Shown piece by piece: positions 45,827-56,418 of a stretch of DNA of 64,000 bases. Position numbers and translations under genes: made by a program. The notes below the pieces were generated by a model. The model did not search any database. It was given only the letters and a program-made list of their open reading frames with translations, and was not told where the DNA came from. Source of the DNA: Vicinamibacterales bacterium (GTDB lineage Bacteria; Acidobacteriota; Vicinamibacteria; Vicinamibacterales; UBA8438); the NCBI GenBank assembly GCA_965199675.1, contig CBDATI010000063.1, forward strand, positions 1,044-65,043, read 5' to 3'. Numbering within the stretch: position 1 is the first letter of the stretch; each line of letters begins with the position of its first letter.

Positions 45827-46666
45827 ATGTCGATTACCGACTGGAACATGAGGCGGCGGGAGTTCCTGGCGAGCGGTTCGGCCGGGTTGATGGCGGCGGC
45901 GTTCGCGCCGACGGCGGCGTTCGCGGCGCGTCCCGCGCAGCAGGCGCTGAGCGAGCGCATCCGGGGCGTGCGGGCGATGACCTTCGACGTCTTCGGCACC
46001 GTGGTCGACTGGCGGACGAGCATCACCCGCGAGGGCGAGGCGGTCGGTCGCCGCAAGGGCATCGAGGCCGACTGGGCCGCGTTCGCCGACGACTGGCGGG
46101 GCGGCTACGGCCCGGCGATGGGCCGCGTGCGGCGGGGCGAGCTGGGGTGGACGAAGATCGACGACCTTCACCGGATGATCCTCGACGAGCTGGTCCCGAA
46201 GTATGGGCTCGAGAGCCTCACCGAGGACGAGCTCGACGACCTGAACCGCGCTTGGCACCGGCTGACCCCGTGGCCCGACACCGTCGAGGGGCTGACCCGG
46301 CTGCGCCGGCGCTACGTGCTGGCGTCGTTGTCGAACGGCAACGTGGCCCTGCTCGTCAACATGGCGAAGAACGCGGGCATCCCGTGGGACGCGGTGTTGT
46401 CGGCCGAGCTGGCCCGCCACTACAAGCCCGCCCCCGAGGCCTATCTGACCGCGGCCGACCTGCTGGGCCTCGCGCCCGAGCAGTGCATGATGGTCGCCGC
46501 CCACAAGGGCGACCTGCGGGCGTCGGCCCGGCTCGGGTTCCGGACCGGCTACGTTCCCCGACCAACCGAGTTCGCCCCCGGCGTCGAGCGCGACCTGACG
46601 CCCGATCCCGACTTCGACCTGGTGGCCACCGACTTCAACGACATGGCGAGCCAGCTCGGTCTGTGA
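45827..46666 (+). CDS. Type II haloacid dehalogenase-like hydrolase (HAD superfamily) with a TAT signal
   Basis: ATG 45827 follows GCAGGAGGG. Twin-arginine leader NMRRREFLASGSAGLMAAAFA. HAD motifs FDVFGTVVDW, LSNGN, HYKPAPEAY, VAAHKGDL. Confidence 0.85.
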   Translation: MSITDWNMRRREFLASGSAGLMAAAFAPTAAFAARPAQQALSERIRGVRAMTFDVFGTVVDWRTSITREGEAVGRRKGIEADWAAFADDWRGGYGPAMGRVRRGELGWTKIDDLHRMILDELVPKYGLESLTEDELDDLNRAWHRLTPWPDTVEGLTRLRRRYVLASLSNGNVALLVNMAKNAGIPWDAVLSAELARHYKPAPEAYLTAADLLGLAPEQCMMVAAHKGDLRASARLGFRTGYVPRPTEFAPGVERDLTPDPDFDLVATDFNDMASQLGL

Positions 46667-46729
46667 CGCGGCCGGGCCCTGTGTGTCTGACCCGAAGCGG
46701 GGGGACCGGGCAGCCTGGCCCATCGCGCG

Positions 46730-47005
46730 ATGGCCGAACGACTGGTGTCTCGTGAAGGCGTGACCGGCGCGGTCCCGAACCAGCCGCTCGGGCCGTCGAG
46801 GGGCCTGCCCAGGTCGACGAAGGTGCTGCTGCTCGCCTTCGCGGTACTGCTGTACCGCAACTCCCCCCTGGTGCGGGCGCTCTACGACAATGCCTGGTTG
46901 ATGTTGGCGGTGCCGCCGGTCCTTGCAGCCGTGCGGTGGTGGTTTCGGCACCGCGTGTGGCCTGACGACCTGCCCCGCGACCTGGACCGACCCGCGCGCC
47001 GGTGA
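46730..47005 (+). CDS. Possible small membrane protein (91 aa)
   Basis: Two hydrophobic segments (VLLLAFAVLLY, AWLMLAVPPVLAAV). No recognisable family and no clear RBS. It could be a spurious ORF. Confidence 0.25.
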   Translation: MAERLVSREGVTGAVPNQPLGPSRGLPRSTKVLLLAFAVLLYRNSPLVRALYDNAWLMLAVPPVLAAVRWWFRHRVWPDDLPRDLDRPARR

Positions 47006-47279
47006 CCGTCGACCTCTCCGCCATCACGATGTCGGCGACAGCTTGCGGTTCCATGCGGCTGCAGCAGGCGTCGTCGACGGCATCCCGCCGCGCCAGCCGG
47101 CGGCGAGCCTGATCGCGAACGCGGCCATGGCGACGCGGCCGCGGCGGCGCCGCCAGCCGTCGGGGGCTCGCGGTGGATCGACTTGACGGCGGGTACCGTC
47201 GGGTGGGTGGTCATGATGTGGCAGATCTCGCCACAGACGCCCCACCAAAGGGGGGGTGCGTTGCCACCTCGACGACGTT

Positions 47280-49442
47280 CTACAGTCTGGCCAGCTTCCA
47301 GTTCTTGATCGGCAGGTCCCGTACGCGAATGCCCGTGGCCGCGTAGATGGCGTTGGTCACCGCCGGGGCGACCGGGGGCACGCCCGGCTCGCCGAGGCCG
47401 CCGAGACGCGCGCCCGAGCGGATGAACGCCACCTGGACGTCGGGGGCATCGGCCATGCGAATCATCTGGTGGTCGTGGAAGTTGCTCTCCACGACGCGGC
47501 CCTCGGCGATGGTGATCTCGCCGACGAGGGCGGCCGAGAGCCCGAAGACCACGCCTCCTTCGATCTGGGCGGCGGCGCTGTCGGGCTCGACCACGTCGCC
47601 GCAGTCGACGGCGGCCCACACGTTGCGGACGCGGAGCCCGCCCTGCGGCGACACCGCGACGTGCGCGACCTGGGCGACGATCGTGCCGAAGCTCTCGGCG
47701 ATGGCGATGCCGCGGCCCTCGCCCTCGGGCAGGGGGGCGCCCCACCCGGCCATCTCCGCCGCGCGGTCGAGGACGGCCCGGAACCGGGGGTGCTCGTCCG
47801 TCAGGTTGCGCCGGTAGGCGTAGGGGTCCATGCCCGCGGCGTGGGCCATCTCGTCGATGAACGACTCCTTGAAGAAGCCGTGCTGCGAGTTCAGCACCGA
47901 CCGCCACGCGCCCTCGCGGACGTGGTGCGGCGCGCGCCGGCCGTCGAAACGCTTTTCGGGGATGGCGTACGGCATGAACAGCGACTCGCGGTCGCCGCCG
48001 CCCGCGTAGTGGGCCCCTACTGCGAGAGGGCGGCCGTCGGCGGCGAGGGCGCCGGCGTAGCGGCACATGGCGGCCGGCCGGTAGTAGCCGTGCTGGATGT
48101 CGTTCTCGCGGCTCCAGACGAGCTTGACGGGGGCGGGCGACATCGCCTTCGCGATGCGCGCGGCGAGATCGACGTAGTCGAAGCAGAACGGCAGGCGCCG
48201 GCCGTAGCCGCCGCCGAGCATCAGGTTGGTCAGGTGGACCCGGCTCGCATCGAGGCCCAGGGCCCTGGCGGCGGTCGAGCGGGCGTTCAGGGGGTCCTGG
48301 GTGCCCGCCCACACCTCGGCGCGGTCGCCCTCGACGCGGGCGGTGCACGCCATGGGCTCCATGGTGGCGTGGGCGAGGAACGGCACCCGGTAGTCGGCGG
48401 TGATGACCTGTGCGGCGTCCGCCGGCATCTCCGGGGCGTCGCCGAGGGCCGCGTCGAACGCCGCGAAGATGGTCTCGCTCGTGACGCCGCCGTGGCCGGC
48501 GTCGTCGTACTCGGGGCTCAGGGCCGCGAGGGCCTGGCGGGCGCGCCAGAAGCTGTCGGCGACCACCGCGACGGCGTTGTCCAGCTCCACCACCCCGGCC
48601 ACCCCGGGCATCGCCTTCGCGGGCGCGGGGTCGACCGACACCAGCCGACCGCCCTCGACCGGCGCGATGTCGACGGCCGCGCAGAGCATGCCGGGCACGC
48701 TGAAGTCGATGCCGTAGGTGGCGCTGCCGTCGACCTTCGGGGGAATGTCGAAGCGCGGTTTCGCGGTCCGCCGGATCGTGTAGGTGTCGGGGTCTTTGAG
48801 GGGCGGGTCCGCCGGCGCGGGCAACGCCGCCGCCGCCTTCGCGAGGTCGCCGAAGCTCGCGCTCTGGCGCGACCACGGGTGGATGACGCGCGACCGCTCG
48901 GCCCTGCACTCGTCGACGGGGACGCCGAAGCGTTCGGCCGCGGCCGTGAGCAGCATCTCGCGCGCCGCCGCGCCCGCCATCTGCATGCCGTAGCCGGTGC
49001 CGCGCACCGCCAGCGAGCCCCCTGTGGCCTGGGTGCCGAACCAGCGCGCGAGACGGTACGCGCCGTAGTCGACGGCGCGCCCGACCGGCGCGGGCATCGA
49101 GTCGCCGGTGAATGCGCGCAGCATGTAGGCGTTGGCGTAGGCGTCGAGGGCGGGCGCTTCGCGGATGCGCACCCGGTCCCAGTCGGCCTCCATCTCCTCG
49201 GCCGCCATCATCGCGAGCCCGGTCTGCGAGCCCTGTCCCATCTCGCAGTGGGGAATGAGGATGGTGACGAGGTCGTCGGGGGTGACGGTGATCCAGGTCG
49301 TCAGTTCACCCTTGTCGGCGGCGTCGGCCGAGACGATGCCGTGGCGGCCCGGCGCGATGACGACGCCCGCGATGCCGAGCACGAACCCGCCGCCGGCGAG
49401 GGTCCCGGTCCCGATGAAGGCGCGGCGCGTCCACTTACCCAT
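47280..49442 (-). CDS. Molybdopterin-binding large subunit of an IorB / aldehyde-oxidase-family oxidoreductase (TAT signal)
   Basis: 720-aa [22 protein letters not shown] twin-arginine leader. [30 protein letters not shown], and a C-terminal [18 protein letters not shown]. Confidence 0.9.
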   Translation of the reverse strand: MGKWTRRAFIGTGTLAGGGFVLGIAGVVIAPGRHGIVSADAADKGELTTWITVTPDDLVTILIPHCEMGQGSQTGLAMMAAEEMEADWDRVRIREAPALDAYANAYMLRAFTGDSMPAPVGRAVDYGAYRLARWFGTQATGGSLAVRGTGYGMQMAGAAAREMLLTAAAERFGVPVDECRAERSRVIHPWSRQSASFGDLAKAAAALPAPADPPLKDPDTYTIRRTAKPRFDIPPKVDGSATYGIDFSVPGMLCAAVDIAPVEGGRLVSVDPAPAKAMPGVAGVVELDNAVAVVADSFWRARQALAALSPEYDDAGHGGVTSETIFAAFDAALGDAPEMPADAAQVITADYRVPFLAHATMEPMACTARVEGDRAEVWAGTQDPLNARSTAARALGLDASRVHLTNLMLGGGYGRRLPFCFDYVDLAARIAKAMSPAPVKLVWSRENDIQHGYYRPAAMCRYAGALAADGRPLAVGAHYAGGGDRESLFMPYAIPEKRFDGRRAPHHVREGAWRSVLNSQHGFFKESFIDEMAHAAGMDPYAYRRNLTDEHPRFRAVLDRAAEMAGWGAPLPEGEGRGIAIAESFGTIVAQVAHVAVSPQGGLRVRNVWAAVDCGDVVEPDSAAAQIEGGVVFGLSAALVGEITIAEGRVVESNFHDHQMIRMADAPDVQVAFIRSGARLGGLGEPGVPPVAPAVTNAIYAATGIRVRDLPIKNWKLARL

Positions 49443-50010
49443 GGCGCCCCTCCTTCCCGTTGCCGCCGACGACGTCGCGCCCGGGGACGCCGACTCCGTC
49501 GGCGAGAGAGGCGGTGGCCTCGCCGTTCGTGACCGTTTCGTGCCTGGCCGCGAGAGCGCCGCTCTTGGCGACGGCGTGAATCGCCCGGCGCACGCGGACG
49601 AACGTGCCGCAGCGGCAGATGTTGGTGACGGCGGCGTCGATGTGCGCGTCGCTCGGGTCGGGCCGCCGCGCGAGAAGCGCCGAGACGGCCATGATCATGC
49701 CCGACTGGCAGTACCCGCACTGCGGCACCTGGTGGTCTGCCCACGCCTGCTGCACGGGGTGCAGGCGGCCGTCGGCGGCGAGGCCCTCGATGGTCGTGAT
49801 GGGCATGCCCTCGACCGCCGAGACCGGCACGGTGCAGGTGCGGACGGCGCGGCCGTCCACATGCACGGTGCAGGCCCCGCAGGCGGCGATGCCGCAGCCG
49901 AACTTGGTGCCCGTCAGTCCGAGCGTGTCGCGCAGGACCCACAGCAGCGGCGTATCCGGCTCCACGTCCACTGTGCGGGTCTGACCGTTCACGTCAAGTG
50001 TGATCGCCAC
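49435..50010 (-). CDS. [2Fe-2S]-binding small subunit (IorA type)
   Basis: GTG 50010 lies 5 nt after [36 protein letters not shown]. Overlaps the large-subunit start by 8 nt. Confidence 0.85.
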   Translation of the reverse strand: MAITLDVNGQTRTVDVEPDTPLLWVLRDTLGLTGTKFGCGIAACGACTVHVDGRAVRTCTVPVSAVEGMPITTIEGLAADGRLHPVQQAWADHQVPQCGYCQSGMIMAVSALLARRPDPSDAHIDAAVTNICRCGTFVRVRRAIHAVAKSGALAARHETVTNGEATASLADGVGVPGRDVVGGNGKEGRHG

Positions 50011-50427
50011 CGCGGCCTCCCGTCGCGCAAGGATGTCTCTCCCGATAGTAGCGCATTCGGGCACGGCGGGCGGCGCGGTGGGCGTGGCGCCCGCCGGGCA
50101 CGGGCGCGCCGGTGCCAGTCTGCAGCCGTGGCGCCGCCAGACGGCCGAGGCGCCCGCCCGACGGGGCGCGACCAGCGAGAGTCGCTGGCGTGCGCCGTGC
50201 ACGACGCCGTCTCACAGCAGGTGCGCATCCCGCCCGGCAACTGTCGCTCCGCCGGTGGCAGTCGGAGGGGATGGACGCGACGACATCGGCTGACGGACGG
50301 GAACGAATGCGTTCGGCCCCTCGGGCGCTGCGCTGCGGGCCGTACGAACATCAGCGCGATTCGCTTCGTCTCCAGGTAGAGTGCGAAGGACTCGGTCGCC
50401 CGGGTTGCGTCGGTTCCGGCGTGTCTG

Positions 50428-52875
50428 ATGTCGAGACTGAACAGATTCCAGCGTTTCCTGGCCAGCGCCGGGTTGGTGTTCGCGGCGTCACTCGCGTCCG
50501 CGCAGTCGGTCACGAGGGTCAGCGGCGTGGTCATCGACGGTCTGACCGAGGCTCCAATCGGCGCGGCGCGGGTGATTGTCGGTGACCGCACGGTGACGAC
50601 CGAGCCCAACGGGCGGTTCGTGATCGCCGTCGACGGCGACGCGGCCCGTCTGCGCTTCCAGGCCGACGGCTACCTGGAGACGGTCGTGGAGTTCGAACTG
50701 TCCGCCGACGAACCGGCGGCCGTCGAGGTCCGCCTGTTCCCCGGCGCGTTCGCCGAGACCGTCGATGTCGTGACGGAAGCGGCGGTGGTGGAGCGGCCCT
50801 CCGCCACGCCCGTCACCCCCGACGCCGTCTTCCAGGCCCCGGGCAGCATCGACAACATCTTCCGTACCCTCGACACCCTGGCCGGCGTGGCGTCGACCGA
50901 CGACTTCGGCAGCCGGCTGGCCGTGCGCGGCGGCACCCCCGACCAGAATCTGACCATCATGGACGGCATGGAGGTGCACAACCCCTACCGGCTGTTCGGC
51001 ATCACCAGCGCGTTCAATCCCGAGACCGTCGAGAACTTCGAGCTCACCGCGGGCGGGTTCGGCGCGGCGTACGGCGACCGGCTGTCGTCGCTGCTGGTGG
51101 TCGACAACCGCGCCGGCCGATCCGGGTTCCACGGTTCGACCGCGGCCAGTGTGACCGACGCCAACCTGGTGCTGGAGGGGAGCACGCCGGTCGGGGCGGA
51201 CGGCACGTGGCTGTTGAGCGCCCGACGCACCTACTACGACCTGGTGGCGGGGCGCATTGCCGACCAGAACTTTCCGTCGTTCACAGACCTGCAGATGCAG
51301 GCGGGATGGGACGTGGGGTCGAGCCATCGGCTCACCCTGACCGGGCTTCGCAGCGTGGAGGATGCGAACCTCTCGTTCAGCGATGACGGCGAACGGGGGG
51401 CCCTGGGGTCGGACATTGCCAACGGGCTCGCGTCGGCCCGATTCGACGCCGTGCTGGGGCCCCGGGCGACGGCGACGACGACCGTGTCGTGGTACCGCAA
51501 CCGCGAGTCGCTGAACTTCGACGGGCTCATCCGGGCCGAGGCCACCCGATCCAATGCGGTCGATGACGACGTGGCGTTCGGGCTCACCACCATCGGCTTC
51601 GAGCGGGCCATCGTCGTGGCCGACCGTTCGCTGCGGCAGGATCTCAGCGTGCAGGCCTCGCCGCGGCACCTGCTGAACGTCGGGGTCGAGCTGCACCGCC
51701 TCGACACCCGTGTGAACTTCCTCAACCGCGGCGACCGGAACGATGACGAGCCCAACGGGTCGAGCGTGCGAGGGGGAGCGGGGCTCCCGGATGTCCTCGA
51801 CTCCGTCCTGCGCGGTACGCGCGGCGGCCTCTGGGTTCAGGACACCTACACGCCGTCAGACCGGTTCTCGTTCGAGCCGGGGTTGCGCCTGGACTGGAGC
51901 ACCGTCAACGGCGGCGCGACGGTCTCGCCCCGGCTGGCCGCGAGTGTCGCGCTCGCCCGCGGCATGCGCATCCGGGCTGCCGGCGGACTCTACACGCAGA
52001 GCCCGGGTTACGAGAAGCTGAGCCAGTCGGACTACTTCCTCGACCTGTCGGGGGCGCGCGAGCTGGGGCTGCGGCACGAGCGGGCGACGCACCTCGTGCT
52101 GGGGCTGGAACAGGATCTGGGCGGCGATCTGACCCTCCGCGTCGAGGGCTACCACAAGCGGTTTTCCGACCTGCTGGTCGGCCGTCTGGAGACGGAAGCG
52201 GAGCGGGGGGAGCGCATCGGGCGGTACGATTTTCCCGAAGCCCTGCGCGACAGCGTGCCCGTCGCGCCGATTATCCTCAGCGCTCCGACCAACGACGCCG
52301 GCGGCTACGCCTACGGCCTCGACGTCTTCCTGCGGCATGACGATCCGGCCGCCCGGCTGACGGGTTGGGCCTCTTATGCCTGGGGGCGGGCCGAGCGGGA
52401 GAGTTACGGCCGCCACTATGCCTTCGAGTACGATCGCCCGCACGCGTTCAACGCCGTCGGCCGCTATCGGCTCACGAGCCGCTGGGACATCGCCGCCACA
52501 TTGCGGCTGGCCAGCGGCTTCCCCTACACGCCGTCGCTGGGACTGCGGGTGGCCGCCGCCGAGAACGACGAGGGGCGGTTGGTTCCGGCTTTCGATGGGG
52601 GCGGCAACCCGAGGTACAGCGTCGACTACGGGGGGGTGGCGAACCTGAACGCCGGTCGCCTGCCGTACTACGCCCGCGCCGATGTGCGCGCCACCTACCG
52701 CCGTGGACGGTGGTCGTTCTACATCGAGGTCATCAACGCGCTCGGACGGGACAACGCCGTGGCCTTCGAGTCGGAACTGCGACACGACCCCGGCGCGGCC
52801 GTGCCGCGCATCATCGAGACCCCCAGCGAGGGATTCCCCCGCGTCCCGACCTTCGGCCTGCGCGTGCGGTTCTGA
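50428..52875 (+). CDS. TonB-dependent receptor with an N-terminal carboxypeptidase-regulatory-like domain
   Basis: 815-aa ORF with a signal peptide. VSGVVIDGLTEAPIGAARVIV..PNGRFVI, then a plug (IFRTLDTLAGV, RGGTPDQNLTIMDGMEVHNPYRLFG). The barrel ends in ..PTFGLRVRF. Confidence 0.9.
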   Translation: MSRLNRFQRFLASAGLVFAASLASAQSVTRVSGVVIDGLTEAPIGAARVIVGDRTVTTEPNGRFVIAVDGDAARLRFQADGYLETVVEFELSADEPAAVEVRLFPGAFAETVDVVTEAAVVERPSATPVTPDAVFQAPGSIDNIFRTLDTLAGVASTDDFGSRLAVRGGTPDQNLTIMDGMEVHNPYRLFGITSAFNPETVENFELTAGGFGAAYGDRLSSLLVVDNRAGRSGFHGSTAASVTDANLVLEGSTPVGADGTWLLSARRTYYDLVAGRIADQNFPSFTDLQMQAGWDVGSSHRLTLTGLRSVEDANLSFSDDGERGALGSDIANGLASARFDAVLGPRATATTTVSWYRNRESLNFDGLIRAEATRSNAVDDDVAFGLTTIGFERAIVVADRSLRQDLSVQASPRHLLNVGVELHRLDTRVNFLNRGDRNDDEPNGSSVRGGAGLPDVLDSVLRGTRGGLWVQDTYTPSDRFSFEPGLRLDWSTVNGGATVSPRLAASVALARGMRIRAAGGLYTQSPGYEKLSQSDYFLDLSGARELGLRHERATHLVLGLEQDLGGDLTLRVEGYHKRFSDLLVGRLETEAERGERIGRYDFPEALRDSVPVAPIILSAPTNDAGGYAYGLDVFLRHDDPAARLTGWASYAWGRAERESYGRHYAFEYDRPHAFNAVGRYRLTSRWDIAATLRLASGFPYTPSLGLRVAAAENDEGRLVPAFDGGGNPRYSVDYGGVANLNAGRLPYYARADVRATYRRGRWSFYIEVINALGRDNAVAFESELRHDPGAAVPRIIETPSEGFPRVPTFGLRVRF

Positions 52876-52913
52876 TGGTGGAGGCGGCGACACCGCGGGT
52901 CGCCCCTGGCGGA

Positions 52914-53144
52914 TCACCAGCGCTCGTCGCACCAGTCCGGGCCGGCGACACCCAGCTCGGCCGCCGTCTGGAGCAGATCCCGACGCACGTCGGGATCTGC
53001 GAACAGCGCGTTCACTTGTCGGGTGATGTCGACGGCCGGCGGCGGCGGTTCGCGGCGACCGCGGTCTGGAGGGGCGCCCATTTCGGCCCATCCTGTCGGC
53101 TTGGCCGTGAGGCTCCCGGCGGTCTCCCCCTCAAGCTCCCTCAA
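52914..53144 (-). CDS. Possible 76-codon ORF translationally coupled (TTGA) to the upstream FMN_bind gene
   Basis: The TTG start overlaps the stop of 53141-53683. No recognisable motifs. Retained only because of the 4-nt overlap. Confidence 0.2.
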   Translation of the reverse strand: MRELEGETAGSLTAKPTGWAEMGAPPDRGRREPPPPAVDITRQVNALFADPDVRRDLLQTAAELGVAGPDWCDERW

Positions 53145-53683
53145 CGCCCCCGGCGCTCGGTGAGGAACTCGCGGGCCATGCGGCGGGCGCTGTCGCGGAT
53201 GGAGCGCACCGCCGCGTTGTTGGTGATGGTGGCCCGCGACACCCCGTCGATGTCGTCACCGACGGTCATCGGGGCGAGCACGCTCTTGCCCCGGAACTGC
53301 TCGATGAACGCCGGCAGGTCGATGGAGAAGTAGCCGAACGGTTCGTCGTGGTACACCATGCTGACGTCGAGCAGCACGCCGGTCGGGGCCATGCCCACGA
53401 GCATCCAGATCTCGCCCTTGTAGCCGCGGACGTCCCGCGCGAAGTCGACGGTGAAGAACCCGAGGCCGACCAGGACCTCTTCGCCGTCCGGTCCCGTTCG
53501 GTAGCCGCGGTAGTGGGGCGTCCCGCGGTCGACGAAGCGGAAGGTCTCGGCCCCCGGCAGCGCCTCGCGCAGGTAGCGTTCGTAGCGCGGGACATCGTCG
53601 GTGGCCCGCCACCGCTGCGCCAGGGGCGTGGCGGGAAGGCTGGCGGTCACGAGCATCGCGGCCAGCCATGCCGCCGGTTTCAC
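53141..53683 (-). CDS. Periplasmic FMN_bind-domain protein (NosR/RnfG/NqrC-type flavin domain), copy 1
   Basis: GTG 53683 follows GAGGAGGAG. Signal-like VKPAAWLAAMLVTASLPATPLAQ. YKGEIWMLVGMAPTGVLLDVSMVYHDEPFGYFSIDLPAFIEQFRGKSVL..GDDIDGVSRATITNNA. Paralog of 57605-58222. Confidence 0.7.
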   Translation of the reverse strand: MKPAAWLAAMLVTASLPATPLAQRWRATDDVPRYERYLREALPGAETFRFVDRGTPHYRGYRTGPDGEEVLVGLGFFTVDFARDVRGYKGEIWMLVGMAPTGVLLDVSMVYHDEPFGYFSIDLPAFIEQFRGKSVLAPMTVGDDIDGVSRATITNNAAVRSIRDSARRMAREFLTERRGR

Positions 53684-53830
53684 GTCGTCTCCTCCTCGGG
53701 TTGGAACCCGTCGCCCCCGACCCGTCTCGGGTCTCGAGGCGTCGGATCGAGCCGAGAGCGCCGAGGACCGCCACCGCGCCGGCGTCACGACAGATCCGCC
53801 CATCGTCGCTGCGGTGCGGACTCCCGGCCG

Positions 53831-56023
53831 TCAGTCGGCCAGCGGGTGCGGTCGCAACTGGAAGTGAACCATCTTGCTCGGGGTGCCCTTGCCGCCCTCG
53901 ATGTGCCAGTTGAAGTTGCCGCCGTAGTTGGCCCAGAGGCCGCGCCCCTTCCAGCCCGCATCCGGGTCGTCGATGCGGCCGTCGAGGCCCCGCGAGAAGA
54001 AGCCCAGCGGGTAGGGGATGCGCAGCACCACCCACTCGCCGGTGTCGGGGTCGAGGGCGAGCAGCGAATCCGAGCCCGAGCCGTTCGCGATGGGGATGTT
54101 CTCGCCGAGCCCCAGCGTGTTGAACTGGTCCACCCAGTTGTAATAGTGGAAGTCGCCGCTCCCGGGGTCGGTGACTCCCTTCATCTGGGGGCCCGGGGTC
54201 GGGTAGAGGGTCCAGCCCTCCGGGCAGTGCTGGCCCGTCGCCTCGGGCCCGCTCAGCACGCGGCACTTGCGGCGGTCGAAGCTCGCCATGTGGCCGCTTC
54301 CCGACAGCGCCGTCCAGATGACGCCGTTGCGGTCGACGTCGATCCCGCGCGGCGCGTGTCCGGTCCTGGCCGGGTCCACGTCGGGATTCTCGATCGACGG
54401 CGGCTCGTAGACCTCGGCGATGCACGTCTCGGGCGGGCTGTCGCCGCGGTCGAGACGCACGATGCGGCCGGGGAACGGTCCCGTCTCGGCCCCCCACACG
54501 GTGTGGTCCACGGGGTTGGCGATGACGCCGTAGAAGCCGCCGCCGATGCGCGTGTCGCGGGTCGGGTCGATGTCGTCGCCGGGCTCGTTCCAGGGCCGCG
54601 TGATGCGTCCGTCGCCGTTGGTGTCGAGCACCTTGGGGCACCAGCCCTGGGCCGCCTTCTCGTCGCCGGTCTCGTCGTAGAGCCGCGTGTTGATCCAGGA
54701 CACGACGTTGCCGCTCCCGCTGAACCAGAGCGTGTCGTCGGGGTCCTCGCCGAACTGCAGGTGGTGGGTGCCGAAGCAGGTGTCGAGGAGCGCGAACTCG
54801 CCGGTGGCGGGGTCGTAGTACGACGCATGGCGTCGGCCGGTGCGCGAGAGCGGGAACCAGCGCGCCGACGGATGGTCCGATCCCTCGCCGCACCACGCCG
54901 GCGCCTGCGCGCCCCGCACCGTCGAGGTCATCCACACCCGTCCCTTGCCGTCCATCATGGGGTTGTGCGGGTCGGCGAGTTCGTCCGGGTCGTTGCCCCA
55001 CAGGATCTCGTCGCCGTAGTAATACGAGGGCTCGAGCTGGGTCTGAGGAAACCTGGACACGATGGTCTCGGGATCGTCGCGCACGGGAATGACGATCTCC
55101 GTCGACGTGTGGGCGTTCGGATCGGTGACGACGAGGGCGCCGTGCCCGGCGTCGACCGAGTAGACGGGACCGTTCGCGTTCACGCGCGGGTTCCGCTTGT
55201 CGGTCACGATCTCGTCGTGGATGTAGGCGGTCGGCCGCCCCCAGTCCCACATGGTCAGCACGAGGTTGCGCTCGACCCCCGCCGGCCGCGGGGGCGTCGG
55301 GGGCAGCTCGCCGTCCGCGATGCGCTCCGTCCAGTCGGCGTACATCTGCAGGCCGCGCTCGCGGCCGAAGCGGTTCATGCCGGCGTTCATCGAGGCGCCG
55401 CGCTGGCCCGTCCGGACCCGGTGGTCCCAGGCCGCGAGCGCGGAGTCGAAGTCGTCGAGCTGGTCGATCTCGCGGGTGATGCGGTTGCCGAGCTGGTGGC
55501 AGAGCTGGCACCCCTGCTTCATGCGGTCGACCCACCGCGCCTGGCTCGTCATCGCCGGCGAGATGCCGTTGCCGTTGGGGCCGGTGCCGGGGAACTCGCT
55601 CTCGTCCGGCACCTCGATCAGGGAGTACCAGTAGTTCGCGGGGTAGACCTGTGCGGCGTCGCGCGGCGTCGGGGCGACGACGGCGCGCAGGGCGACGTCG
55701 TCGCCGGGGCGCCCGGTGACCTTGTCGGAGTCCACGAGGCCGTAGCCGCGGACCCAGAGGTCGTAGGCAGCGTCGGGAAGCTGGGGCAGCAGAAAGCGCC
55801 CGTCGTCGCCGGTGACCACGATCTTGACGAACTTCGTCTGCAGATCGTCGGTCTCGGCGATCACCCACACGCCCGCCTCCGGACCGTCGTCGCTGCGGAC
55901 CACCCCGGTGATCACGCCGTCGTCCGCCAGTTGCCGGGCCCCCGCCCGCTCGGTCGTCCCGATCGCCAGGGCCGCCAGCGTGCAGGCCGCCGCCGCGGCG
56001 CCGAGCGCGTGTCGCATGCTCAT
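53831..56023 (-). CDS. Secreted 730-aa protein: CarboxypepD_reg-like domain + single CXXCH heme motif + large unassigned (probably beta-propeller) domain
   Basis: ATG 56023 (MSMRHALGAAAAACTLAALAIG) follows GGAAGGGGA. GVITGVVRSDDGPEAGVWVIAE..GDDGRFLLPQLP. Heme motif KQGCQLCHQLGN. About 500 further residues are rich in W/G/D repeats (GVIWTALSGSGHMASFD, GRGLWANYGGNFNWHIEGG). Confidence 0.8.
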   Translation of the reverse strand: MSMRHALGAAAAACTLAALAIGTTERAGARQLADDGVITGVVRSDDGPEAGVWVIAETDDLQTKFVKIVVTGDDGRFLLPQLPDAAYDLWVRGYGLVDSDKVTGRPGDDVALRAVVAPTPRDAAQVYPANYWYSLIEVPDESEFPGTGPNGNGISPAMTSQARWVDRMKQGCQLCHQLGNRITREIDQLDDFDSALAAWDHRVRTGQRGASMNAGMNRFGRERGLQMYADWTERIADGELPPTPPRPAGVERNLVLTMWDWGRPTAYIHDEIVTDKRNPRVNANGPVYSVDAGHGALVVTDPNAHTSTEIVIPVRDDPETIVSRFPQTQLEPSYYYGDEILWGNDPDELADPHNPMMDGKGRVWMTSTVRGAQAPAWCGEGSDHPSARWFPLSRTGRRHASYYDPATGEFALLDTCFGTHHLQFGEDPDDTLWFSGSGNVVSWINTRLYDETGDEKAAQGWCPKVLDTNGDGRITRPWNEPGDDIDPTRDTRIGGGFYGVIANPVDHTVWGAETGPFPGRIVRLDRGDSPPETCIAEVYEPPSIENPDVDPARTGHAPRGIDVDRNGVIWTALSGSGHMASFDRRKCRVLSGPEATGQHCPEGWTLYPTPGPQMKGVTDPGSGDFHYYNWVDQFNTLGLGENIPIANGSGSDSLLALDPDTGEWVVLRIPYPLGFFSRGLDGRIDDPDAGWKGRGLWANYGGNFNWHIEGGKGTPSKMVHFQLRPHPLAD

Positions 56024-56207
56024 GTTCGTCCCCTTCCGAGTTGGTCCACGGTCCAGGAGCCCGCGGCGAAGTCTCCGCTCGCGGTCGAGCGGCGGTGCAT
56101 CGCAGCCGAGCCCGGCGCATGCCCGCCTCACGCCGTGTCCGGCGGGCGCCCTCCGGCCCCTTCGTGCGTGGTGCGGCGTGGAGGTTCACCACGGGCGCCC
56201 AGTATCG

Positions 56208-56275
56208 ATAACGGTACGGGCATCATAACGGGTACCAGGACGACGGGGAAGCCGGCCGTCCCCGCCGGCTATAAT
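56208..56275 (+). promoter_or_regulatory. AT-richer island with a direct repeat ATAACGG(G)TAC x2 and a perfect TATAAT
   Basis: ATAACGGTAC at 56208-56217, ATAACGGGTAC at 56225-56235, TATAAT at 56270-56275. Located in the 395-bp divergent intergenic region, 144 nt upstream of ATG 56419. Pattern only. Confidence 0.3.
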
Positions 56276-56418
56276 CGCGAGTGTCGAGAGCCCGTGGTGC
56301 GCCGGCGCCGCACCGGGGGCGGCCGGGACGTCCGTCCGCCGGGCGTCCTGCTGCGCCCCCGGCCCCAGGCGCGGGGCGTCCTGCCACGGGTTCCGGGACG
56401 CGACTCTCGGGAGGTGCC

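Noticed and set aside
53831-56023. Idea that the 730-aa heme/propeller protein is a divergent nitrous-oxide reductase, given the NosR-like neighbours
   Set aside because: There is no C-terminal cupredoxin CuA motif and no recognisable CuZ histidine pattern. It has a c-heme site and a CarboxypepD_reg domain instead. Kept as unknown.
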